Source: a virus
Taxonomy: Duplodnaviria > Heunggongvirae > Uroviricota > Caudoviricetes
Direction: 5' to 3' (one strand)
Length of the DNA: 64,000 bases
Virus record (IMG/VR): IMGVR_UViG_3300000976_000008
Location: 111,223-175,222 of that record
Each line of letters opens with the position of its first letter. Position 1 is the first letter of the stretch. The notes beneath the pieces were generated by a model. It had not been told where the DNA came from, did no database searches, and saw only the letters and a program-made list of their open reading frames with translations. A program made the position numbers and the translations under genes. This document shows, one piece after another, positions 27,527-36,900 of the stretch.

Positions 27527-27784
27527 ATGATACAAAAGCATCCCACGGAGGGAGAACCACCGCAGGATGTGTTACAAATTTTCGAAACTAACCAAGAAGC
27601 AATAATTATTACGCTGAACCCAGACCATACGTCTGAAGGCGAATTTAATATAGAGTGCTTCATGAAACTTGAAGATGATAATGGGAAATTATCCCAATAT
27701 CTTGCAAGCATCCTAGAAAATTTGCTGGCAAAAGATGGTAAACCAAGTAGTAACATCGAGACTGAGGCCACAACTAGTCCGTAA
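27527..27784 (+). CDS. Hypothetical acidic protein
   Basis: 85-aa ORF. Confidence 0.5.
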   Translation: MIQKHPTEGEPPQDVLQIFETNQEAIIITLNPDHTSEGEFNIECFMKLEDDNGKLSQYLASILENLLAKDGKPSSNIETEATTSP

Positions 27785-28694
27785 AAACACAGTTGTGAAG
27801 ATACCACCGACTGTCAAAGCAGTGGTAAAAGCACTCAATAAACCGGTTGCTACTCAAGAACAAGTCAAAAAGGCGAAACAAAAAGCCAAACTACAAGCTC
27901 AACCTAAACCAGTGCGAAAAGTCCCAGTAGTAGCACAACTTGGGGCAGTAGTTCAAAAGAAAACAAGACGGAACGTAAAACGCCGACGAAAACCTCAAGT
28001 CAAGTACGTGACTAGGGATGTTTCATCTGAATCCTTGAGCAAGATTAGAAAACTGCAAGGAATCGGCACCAACAAAATACTAGTAATTGTTGGCAACGGG
28101 CCATCTATTTCAGAAGCCCCACTAGAGAAATTGGCTAATATTGACAATATAGATATACTGTCAATAAACCAGCCAGATAAGAGAGTATGGCCAACTAAAT
28201 ACTGGGCTTTTTTTGATAGCTCCCAACTAAAAAGACACAAAGAGTTGTGGAATAATTATGATGGTACCATATTTAATAGTACCGCAATAAAAAATCAAAA
28301 AGATCTCTCAATGCAATTTAAGAACATTGGGGGCCAAGGCTTCAGTAGAGATCTTTCCTCAGGACTTTATATAGGAAGATCCTCGGTCTACGCATCGATG
28401 CAATTAGCATTATGGATGAATTATTCGCACACATACATCTTTGGATGCGATATGAATCCAGAAGGATTAGATGGAAAACTCCACTTTTATGGGGTAAATC
28501 CGGATGTAGATCCTAAGAATCGAGCTGATAGATTCGCAAAAGAAGCTGAACATTATGACGTAGCAGCTCGTGTATTGTCAGAGGAAGAACGTAGCAAGTT
28601 TACATTTTGCTCTGATTACAATCATTGGGAATTCGTAAGCAAATTCAACAGAGCCAGTCATAAAGATGTTTCTAGAATATTGAATAATGACTGA
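27735..28694 (+). CDS. Basic N-terminal tail plus DUF115/GT42-like (sialyltransferase-fold) domain
   Basis: VIVGNGPSI, LSINQ, SSVYASMQLALWM..YIFGCDM..HFYG. Confidence 0.7.
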   Translation: MVNQVVTSRLRPQLVRKNTVVKIPPTVKAVVKALNKPVATQEQVKKAKQKAKLQAQPKPVRKVPVVAQLGAVVQKKTRRNVKRRRKPQVKYVTRDVSSESLSKIRKLQGIGTNKILVIVGNGPSISEAPLEKLANIDNIDILSINQPDKRVWPTKYWAFFDSSQLKRHKELWNNYDGTIFNSTAIKNQKDLSMQFKNIGGQGFSRDLSSGLYIGRSSVYASMQLALWMNYSHTYIFGCDMNPEGLDGKLHFYGVNPDVDPKNRADRFAKEAEHYDVAARVLSEEERSKFTFCSDYNHWEFVSKFNRASHKDVSRILNND

Positions 28695-28771
28695 AAAAGA
28701 GAAGATAGAACAAGATCTTGAAGACATCTATCTTCAAATTAGCACAAACGAAGACGTATTGGAAGAACAAC

Positions 28772-29161
28772 ATGAAAATCTACGTCGGCAGCAGTCTACT
28801 TAATTCTAAACGAGTTAAGGAAGTACAACAGCGTTTTAAAGATGCTGGTTGCATTATAACTTATGACTGGACTGTTCACGGTCAAGTGACCGATGAAGAA
28901 TTATTGGCTAAATATGCTGTTGCAGAATTGCAAGGCGTAAAAGAAGCTGATATATTTTTCATGCTCTTGCCTGGCAGAAACGGCACGCACTTTGAGATGG
29001 GTGTAGCCCACGCAAGTGGCAAGAAGATAGTGATGCTCATCGAACAAGATCAAGAATTGAAGACATTCTATTATCTTGATGGTGTCGAACGTTTCACCGA
29101 AGAAGATCTTGCATTTGATTACGTTATCGATTTCTTGAAGAATATGGAAATTGCTGGATGA
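28772..29161 (+). CDS. Nucleoside 2-deoxyribosyltransferase/NMP N-glycosidase fold protein
   Basis: MKIYVGS..VKEADIFF..GTHFEMGVAHASGKKIV (catalytic Glu retained); start set at MKIY. Confidence 0.8.
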   Translation: MKIYVGSSLLNSKRVKEVQQRFKDAGCIITYDWTVHGQVTDEELLAKYAVAELQGVKEADIFFMLLPGRNGTHFEMGVAHASGKKIVMLIEQDQELKTFYYLDGVERFTEEDLAFDYVIDFLKNMEIAG

Positions 29162-29859
29162 TTTTTACCAGACTAGAAATAGATGTAATGCAAGCCAATG
29201 AATTGGTTGATGCATCAGAATTGGCGGCTAAACACAAATTTCCAGCATTAGTCGTGCACCAAGATTTGGCCTCTGAAGCACAAATAATTCGTGGTCGAAT
29301 TCGCGGCAGATACAAATTGATAACACCTATTGATTGGCCTAAAGGAGAAACTTACGGTCAAAATAAATTGAGAGGTTTATCAACAGACGCTCTAGATAAT
29401 GATGGATTTGAGATTCTGCTGACTGGTGAGAGAACCGTAACTGAGACACGCAGAGAAGCGAAAGATATCTCAGAATTCGTGAAAACACACATCGATCAAT
29501 CTTTAGAAGTGCGTTTCGTGCTTGGAACAAATTTGCGAACAGAAGAAAATATTCGCAATATGTGTATTGCTTTGCAAGATGTAAGGATGCCAGCCTTTGT
29601 AAGAAACGATACAGCTCTAAAATTACAAGTTAGCAGAGCTAATCCTGATGTTCATAAAGCTAATATGGGAATCATCACCGAATATATGAGAGTCCCAATG
29701 AAAATCAGTGGTAATATTAATAGTGTGCGTGCCATAACATCTTGCACAAACGCAAAAAGATTCGCTGTCAATCTACTTCAAGCAAAAGGTATAACTAAGG
29801 AGTTCCTGCAACAGCCGGAAGAACTTAGAGCCTTGCTTGATTCAGAAGATGGAAAATAA
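29158..29859 (+). CDS. DeoC (deoxyribose-phosphate aldolase)-like TIM barrel, divergent
   Basis: ITPIDWPKG..K ~ TVIGFPLG..K; PMKISGNI ~ VKASGGI; FVRNDT where DeoC has FVKTST. Confidence 0.55.
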   Translation: MIFTRLEIDVMQANELVDASELAAKHKFPALVVHQDLASEAQIIRGRIRGRYKLITPIDWPKGETYGQNKLRGLSTDALDNDGFEILLTGERTVTETRREAKDISEFVKTHIDQSLEVRFVLGTNLRTEENIRNMCIALQDVRMPAFVRNDTALKLQVSRANPDVHKANMGIITEYMRVPMKISGNINSVRAITSCTNAKRFAVNLLQAKGITKEFLQQPEELRALLDSEDGK

Positions 29860-30181
29860 ATTAATTATTTGCCCATACTGTAGCAACAGCGTAAGCGAAG
29901 TAGACTCGAACAACTACTATTGTGTATGTTGCGAGAAGAATCTCAGATTTACGTTCGAAACCCAAACATTGCTATATAGGAACTTTAAGCCTATTTCTGA
30001 GGAAATTCCAAAAGTATTTGAAATAGGTGAGGAGGTGCTCTTTGCTAATAGAGAGCATCCTTGGTACAACAAATTAGGGATAATTTGTGAAAGGAAACAC
30101 AAACAGTATCGAATTGAAATCAACGGCAAAAAACTTTGGGTGCCCAACGAATGGGTAAAAGAGAATCAAAATGGACATTAA
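29837..30181 (+). CDS. Zn-ribbon plus KOW/SH3-like small protein
   Basis: CPYC..CVCC; FEIGEEV..GIIC..YRIEINGKKLWV. Confidence 0.55.
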   Translation: MIQKMENKLIICPYCSNSVSEVDSNNYYCVCCEKNLRFTFETQTLLYRNFKPISEEIPKVFEIGEEVLFANREHPWYNKLGIICERKHKQYRIEINGKKLWVPNEWVKENQNGH

Positions 30182-30551
30182 TCTAAAGGGCCGGATTAAT
30201 GAATTGGGGCAAGACTCCACTTTGTTAACCAGACATGATGATTGGCTTGAAACTCAAAGAGCTTCTTTGCAGGGCGACTTAGAAGATAAAGCAACTCAAC
30301 TAAAAGCTGTACTGCTAGCACAACGAATCAAACGTGCTCTTCAACAAAAGAACCTTGTAGCAGTCCAACAATTGATCAAATCAAACGATGGGGACGTTGT
30401 TGATATAGTGATCAATATAATGAAATTGCCAGACGCACTATTGGCATTAAGAACAGAAACCACCGAATTAGATAAAGCCAACGCTCAGGCACAAATCTTC
30501 GGATGGGATAGAGATGGTTACGATACCGTCACGTCTAGTAAACTGAGATAA
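30171..30551 (+). CDS. Hypothetical helical protein
   Basis: 126-aa ORF. Confidence 0.65.
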   Translation: MDINLKGRINELGQDSTLLTRHDDWLETQRASLQGDLEDKATQLKAVLLAQRIKRALQQKNLVAVQQLIKSNDGDVVDIVINIMKLPDALLALRTETTELDKANAQAQIFGWDRDGYDTVTSSKLR

Positions 30552-30615
30552 GCAATAATCACATTGTAAGCTCCGACCAATTCAACAGTATTGATCTTGG
30601 TAAGGAGAGAAAACA

Positions 30616-31779
30616 ATGCAAAATCGCAGTTTTAATGTAGTAACAGACGGTGCTTGGGGCAGTTGCGGTAAAGGGCTTATAACAACAGCTCTAGCATCAA
30701 AGCATCAGCCAGAAATAATTTCGACCACAAATATGGCCAACGCAGGCCATACCGCCGTTTATGATGATGGTCGGAAATTCATAGCCAAAGTCTTGCCATC
30801 AGCTGCTGCACTCCGAAAATGGGTCGATGGTTATGATCCCCACATCGTTGTAGGAAGCACAGCTGCATTTACTATTGAGCAGCTTCATAAAGAGATCCAG
30901 GAAACAGGGTCCAATTATCAGTTAACTATCCACGAGAGAGCAGGGATAATAACTGAAGCTCAACGCCAAGCAGAACAAAGCTTGAAAACCGGCACCAAAC
31001 ATCTAGCAAGCACAATGCAGGGATGTGGTGCATTCCTCGCCGACAAGGTGATGAGAAGAAAAGAGCTTAAACTCGCCAGCGACTACGAAGAGCTAAAAGC
31101 TTACATGCCATCAAGCATGGGAAGTAAAATCGATAATGTCGAATCCGAAATAAACCGAAGACTCGAAGGAATGAGTCTCCCGATGGCACTGTCGACACTG
31201 GTCAAAGAATTCGATATGACCATTCTACACGAAGGTGCCCAAGGTTTCTCTCTCGACATCAACCACGGTTCGCACTATCCTCAATGCACAAGCAGAGGAA
31301 CAACCGCGATACAGAACCTATCTGATATGGGATTACCCCACACAATGATGGGAGACGTTTATCTCGTAATCAGACCGTACCCGATTAGAGTCGGCAATGT
31401 TGTCGAAGAAGGGAAAACTGTTGGTCACTCTGGTGATTGTTATGATGACCACAAAGAGACAACATGGAGAGAAGTTGCTGAATCTGCAGGTGCACCACCA
31501 GAAGTGATGGATGGTGAATTAACCACAGTAACAAAGAGACTGAGAAGAGTCTTCGAATTCTCCGAGAAGCAACTCAAAGAAGCTGTGCTTGTAAACGGTG
31601 CCACCAAGATAGCATTGAATTTCGCCAATTATCTTGATTGGTCATGCTATGGTACCAACGAATACGAAAAATTGCCTAAGAAAGTCACTGAATTCATCTG
31701 CAAGGTAGAAGATGTTGCTGGTATTCCAGTGACTGTTGTAGGAACAGGACCACAAAACAACCATGTCTGCTTCATCTGA
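30616..31779 (+). CDS. purZ: PurZ-type 2-amino-deoxyadenylosuccinate synthase (adenylosuccinate synthetase family)
   Basis: WGSCGKG (Ser replacing PurA Asp13), NMANAGHT, EGAQGFSL, PIRVG, ELTTVTKRLRRVF, LNFANY; strong AAGGAG RBS. Confidence 0.85.
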   Translation: MQNRSFNVVTDGAWGSCGKGLITTALASKHQPEIISTTNMANAGHTAVYDDGRKFIAKVLPSAAALRKWVDGYDPHIVVGSTAAFTIEQLHKEIQETGSNYQLTIHERAGIITEAQRQAEQSLKTGTKHLASTMQGCGAFLADKVMRRKELKLASDYEELKAYMPSSMGSKIDNVESEINRRLEGMSLPMALSTLVKEFDMTILHEGAQGFSLDINHGSHYPQCTSRGTTAIQNLSDMGLPHTMMGDVYLVIRPYPIRVGNVVEEGKTVGHSGDCYDDHKETTWREVAESAGAPPEVMDGELTTVTKRLRRVFEFSEKQLKEAVLVNGATKIALNFANYLDWSCYGTNEYEKLPKKVTEFICKVEDVAGIPVTVVGTGPQNNHVCFI

Positions 31780-31866
31780 GCTTGAACTAATTCTTGTAGC
31801 ATATAGCCATTGCTATGCTGGTGTTGTTGAATCTTCCTATGAGACGCCTGGAGCTTTTCGATTCGA

Positions 31867-32697
31867 ATGGGTGAGACAAGTAGTATATCCGGATCGAGTA
31901 ACAGAAGGTTACTCAGAGTCGCCGCTTACTTGGAAGAAGCGGGGGAAGATCCCGAAACAGCCTGTGACAACCTCTTAGAGTTAGACATACCCTATATCGC
32001 ATTGAAGCAGGTCTGGACCGACAATATAGGCAGAATACCAGATCCTGCTTGCCAAAAACTCCAAAAAGTCATCCAATCGAAAAAGATGACAGTAATAATG
32101 CTCGCCACCGAACTAGGCGAAGTGTCTGCTGACGAATTGAAAAGCGTCAGAGATGAAGAAATAGAACGAATCTTCAATAGGGCAGCATACTTCCAAGCAC
32201 CATTTATAAGGATTGGTATAGGTAAATCATGTTCTGTTGATTGCCACGATGAAGTAAATGAATGGATGAATAGAATAACTCATAAAGCCATCCAGTATAA
32301 TGTAACACCAGTTATAGAGATAACTCACAATTCATTTGTCGATAAACCAAGTGATATAGCAACGATATTGTTGACACATAAACGTTGGAAACTCCTGTAC
32401 GATCCCGCCCAATACATTCTTCGCAAGAAACAAGACCCATTTATTAAGTATTGGACGTTGCTTAAGTCTAACACTGCTGTAATTGATGTTAGGGATCTGA
32501 AAATAGGCAAAGGATTCAAAGCACCAGGATTTGGAGATTCAAGGATTGGGGATACAATAAAAGACGCCATAGATTCAAATTACGATGGTTGGTATGTAAT
32601 TGAACCATCCCTCGGAAGAAGACATGGTAGTGCACTTTCTAAGAAAGAGACGTTCACTCAAGCCGTAAGTGCATTTGATGTTCTATTAGAGCAGTAA
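31867..32697 (+). CDS. Xylose-isomerase-like (AP_endonuc_2) TIM barrel with partly degenerate metal sites
   Basis: YIALKQVWTDNI, PVIE, LLYDPAQ, IDVRD, PGFGDSRI, GWYVIEP. Confidence 0.7.
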   Translation: MGETSSISGSSNRRLLRVAAYLEEAGEDPETACDNLLELDIPYIALKQVWTDNIGRIPDPACQKLQKVIQSKKMTVIMLATELGEVSADELKSVRDEEIERIFNRAAYFQAPFIRIGIGKSCSVDCHDEVNEWMNRITHKAIQYNVTPVIEITHNSFVDKPSDIATILLTHKRWKLLYDPAQYILRKKQDPFIKYWTLLKSNTAVIDVRDLKIGKGFKAPGFGDSRIGDTIKDAIDSNYDGWYVIEPSLGRRHGSALSKKETFTQAVSAFDVLLEQ

Positions 32698-32731
32698 TCA
32701 AACCTAGTGTAGAACAATATCGGAGCAAATA

Positions 32732-32947
32732 ATGGCAGTCAATCTAAACGAAACCGTCCAAAAGATCAAACAAGTTGGTTCTCAAAACGTAAGATCAACA
32801 CCTATGCCGGGTGAAGATGTTGTAAATGGCAAATACCAAATCGAAGTCAACGAAAATGGTGTTTGGTCTGCAATAGCAATTGGGGTATCAAAACGGATCG
32901 CTGAAGATATAATCAGCCAAGCTGTTAACCGGACAATTCTGGGATAG
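32732..32947 (+). CDS. Hypothetical protein
   Basis: 71-aa ORF with GGAG RBS. Confidence 0.65.
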   Translation: MAVNLNETVQKIKQVGSQNVRSTPMPGEDVVNGKYQIEVNENGVWSAIAIGVSKRIAEDIISQAVNRTILG

Positions 32948-32954
32948 AGAATTC

Positions 32955-33398
32955 TTGGCTAAAAGAGAAAAAATCTCATCGGTCTTAGAGCTATCTAGAT
33001 ACAAAGTTGGTCAATCAACTTGGTGGGTCGTCCTACGTCCAGTAGAAGAACCACCAGAAATAGGCGAACGATATCAATGGATGGAAGAATACCATCCTAA
33101 GGTCCTATACAGTAGAGGGCCATATCAGAAACTTTGGAAAAATAAATCCAAACTCCCCAAATTACATCATAAAGACTTTTATTCAATAGTACCAATATTA
33201 GTCTCAACATTATCTGTTGAAGAATTTGCTATTGAAGAAGTTGTTAGAAGTAGAGAAACAGGGGAATTCTTCTATTCAAATGATGAAGATGAATGGATGC
33301 CAGAATCTGATCTATTCTGCACTAACCAAGCAGCTAAAAAAGAGCAAAAGAGAATAATAAAATTGCTCAAACGTTGGACTGATAAACAGGAACTGTGA
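32955..33398 (+). CDS. Hypothetical protein
   Basis: 147-aa ORF. Confidence 0.6.
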   Translation: MAKREKISSVLELSRYKVGQSTWWVVLRPVEEPPEIGERYQWMEEYHPKVLYSRGPYQKLWKNKSKLPKLHHKDFYSIVPILVSTLSVEEFAIEEVVRSRETGEFFYSNDEDEWMPESDLFCTNQAAKKEQKRIIKLLKRWTDKQEL

Positions 33399-33424
33399 TT
33401 TGCGTAATTAGTGTAAACTAACCG

Positions 33425-33883
33425 TTGAGCAAAATCATGGCAAATAAGCAGAAACACCCCACATTATTCGTTCTTGAAGGTTCTGTTCGAGAATACGAAG
33501 ATGGCTCGATGCTAGAGCTACACACGCAGCTGACATCCGAAGAGTGGGATCAGATAGTCAAAGACACAATAGAATATAAGGTCTTTGTAGAAACTCTAAA
33601 GACTACCGGGATGCCACTTCTCAAAGAAGATTGGGAAGAAGAAGATGAATGGTATCTCCTACAACTAGATGTCGCAATATCAAGAATGCGGAACATAGAT
33701 GCATTGCTTGTCTCTTCCCACGATCAGGAACGGTTACAGAAGCTCTATAAGGAAAAAATGGAGCACAATGCCGCAGAAGTAGAAAAGATGGTCGAGAAAC
33801 AAAAAGAAGAAAGCAAGAAGATGTTTCTCGAAAAGTATCCGGATGGTACCGGACCAAATAGTACCGTAGTTTCTGACCTCTAA
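33425..33883 (+). CDS. Hypothetical acidic protein
   Basis: 152-aa ORF. Confidence 0.6.
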   Translation: MSKIMANKQKHPTLFVLEGSVREYEDGSMLELHTQLTSEEWDQIVKDTIEYKVFVETLKTTGMPLLKEDWEEEDEWYLLQLDVAISRMRNIDALLVSSHDQERLQKLYKEKMEHNAAEVEKMVEKQKEESKKMFLEKYPDGTGPNSTVVSDL

Positions 33884-33930
33884 AGTTAATCTACACAAAT
33901 CTACTGTAGATTCTTGAAGAGGTAAAGTAA

Positions 33931-36900
33931 ATGTCAACAGGAACTGCAGGCCCATTCGAGCATATAAAAAGGCCAATTTGTGGCGAAGCCGCAGAAATAA
34001 GCCAATCTACATTCGTAGAACTAATCTCAATAAAAGAAGTCTACACAAGGGCAATATATAGGGATAATCCCAATGTATGTGTAGCACTGAGACGCTTAGC
34101 TTTTGGAAAAACTCCAAGAGAATTACCAGAGCCACCCCCAGAGAGAGGGTTTGAAATCCTCCCCGCACCACCATTACCTAGGAATACAATTCCTATACCA
34201 GTTGGTGGGAATAATACCCCAGTGCCAACACCGACACCGGGCGGAGGTTCTGTGCCGGGAGGTCCAATATTCACCAGCCAATCCGCAGAAGAGAAAATTG
34301 CAGGATTAGGAATTGCTAAAGCAAGCGTTGAATTCAGAGACCTAATAATTAATAATGAATCATTTGCAACTACTCAAATGAGTAATTGTGCCATGATTGC
34401 CGGAGATAATGCACCACCAATTACGCCAGCAAATTGCCCAGAAAGTGACTGTAACGTAGATGCGGCATTCTCCATCGATATCAGCGGAAGTATGCAAAGT
34501 GCGATCGACGCTGTAAAAATTGGTGCTGCCGAAATGGCAGACCTTATTTCATCTGTCTCAAATGGCAGTTATAGGTTCGGACTAAGTCACTTCGGACAAT
34601 CTGATAATGGTGGTAATTTACTCGTACCACTCCCACTCACAGACCAGCAATGCCAGAATATAAATCTATTCCAAGCTAATGTTGATAATCTAACTGTGAG
34701 TGGTGGACACGAACCATGGCACCAAGTCCTAACATATGTCCAAGATAATAAAGACACAGAATGGACATTTAGAGATAACAGTGATGCCAGAATTGTTTTC
34801 GTAATCACCGACGAAGCAAGTGATGTAAAAGCTGACGAAGCATTGGCTGCCGCAATAGAAATGGGCAGATGTGGAGTCAGATGGGTGGGAATTTGGACCG
34901 AAACAAGGCACCCAAACACGCTTACATCAACAGGTTCGATGCAAAGTCAAGGAGCTTCAACCTACGGTGAATTTTTCGATATGCTGGCCGCAGCATCTAA
35001 TGGCCTATGGGTACACTCACCCAATGGTATTGATATGCTCCCATTGATGACTAGTTTCATTCTAAGTGTCTGTGGTAGCGTAGTAAGAGAAATTCCAGAA
35101 TGTCCGGGCGGTGAGGATAAAGTAACAAACGGTAAATTCGAAACAAGCATCGCCGGATGGAATGATGAAACAACTGGTGCCGGATCAGTAGATTGGGACG
35201 AAACAACAGAATCGATGAAATTATCCGGGATTGCTAGCCAAGAAATAGCGGGGCTAGCACCAGGTGATATCGCTATTATGGGTTTTGGCATCCATTTAGA
35301 ATCAGCCACTGTAGGCGGAATCTTAGAATATCGACTTGAAAGCGGTTCTGGTGATATTTTAGAATCTGCTCAAATATTATCGAGTGACCTAGGAGTGGGC
35401 CAAGATAATGTTATCAGGTTTGATCTTCAAACGACCATCCAATTAGACGGGGCTATCAAGATAGTCTTCGATTCAGAAGTGGGATCAATTACTGATTTCT
35501 ATGTTGATAATGTTCTCCTTTGTGTCTTAAAGGAAGACGATTGCGGTCCCGGATCTAGGAATCTGATTCAAAATCCAAACTTCGATGAAGGTATAATCGC
35601 TTGGAACGATTCATCGAACACCCCAATCACACCTCACACAGATCCTGAGGTGTGGGACAGTTTAACTCAATCAATAATTGTCAGTCTTACCGGTGAACCA
35701 GAAGTAAGAACTGATGTAACTGATCTAAGACCGGGTGAGAATTACAGTCTAAACTTTGAACTCTCTTCATTTGAGCCAGAAGTTATTGAAGAACTTGAAT
35801 TCATCTATGGTATACTAGATGCTTCGAACAATGTGATAATTGAAAACACCATCACTCGTGGAGATGCTGATCCACCACAAAGATTACAAGTTGACTTCAT
35901 AGCTCCAGCGGATGGATTCTGTAGAGTGTTTTTCAAAGGTGGAACAACAAGTGGTGTTGTTAAACTACGAAACATTTTACTATGCGACACATCTGGAGAT
36001 TGTGAAGAAGGCTTTGATAAAGTCTCGTTCGACGACTTTGAAACAACTAGAGGAGCTTGGGCTGGAGGACGACATGACCTTCTAGAAAAGTACATCATAC
36101 TTGAAAGTGCTGGTGGTGATGACAAGCTACAACAAACATTCACTTCACTAGAACCTGGAACCACTCTACAAGTCAGTTTCAGCTCACTGAATGTAGGTTC
36201 TAACAATCTGTTGATAGAACTTCATTCTGGCGGTGTTATCAATCAAGATTCTATAACGAGTGCTGGATCATATGTATACACTATAGTGGTGCAGGATACT
36301 GGTATTGTTTCGGTAATAGTCCAAAATCTTGATACAGCAGAAAGTGCTGTAGACAATATTCTGGTTTGCTCCCAAGCATCACCTGATTGTGATGGAAGCA
36401 TAACAGATGTAGAACTGATGGTTGAATGGGACGGTATTCCAAGGAGCCCAGTTAATATTTTCAATGCGATAGCAAGGTATACGATCAGAAACCCGAATGA
36501 TCCATTCGATTTGACGACCGAAACGCATATTGCTAACACAGAGGGTGTTTTAGGACTTTCATCTTGCGACACATGGAAACAAGAAGGTCAAGGTGGCAAC
36601 CCACAAGCAAATGTTCTTGCTTTTGGGCTTAACAACGCTGCTGCAGCAGCAGTAAATGAGGGAGATGAAGCAAATGTCTCCTCAAGAGGAAACTGGATTT
36701 GGTCGATTCCGAATTCGGGTAGCATGCAAGATGTTCTGAATGTTTCATTCCCTGCTCCACCAGCTGGGTTGATTGAGAGCGTTGAATTTTTCCTATTGAC
36801 GCAACAAGCAACACCAAGCGGTAGCGGCACTAGCCCCATTCTTCCCCCACCACTTTCTTGTAGCCCAGATCCAGCTCAAGATCTTCAAATAACCATTAGG

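Noticed and set aside
30616-31779. Ordinary PurA (adenylosuccinate synthetase) call
   Set aside because: It lacks the catalytic Asp in GxxWGDEGKG and the TKLD GTP-specificity motif; it has Ser and NFAN instead.
33888-33912. AATCTAC...GTAGATT resembling a Cas12a direct-repeat stem
   Set aside because: Single locus with no repeat-spacer periodicity and no cas gene nearby; more likely an operator or promoter palindrome.
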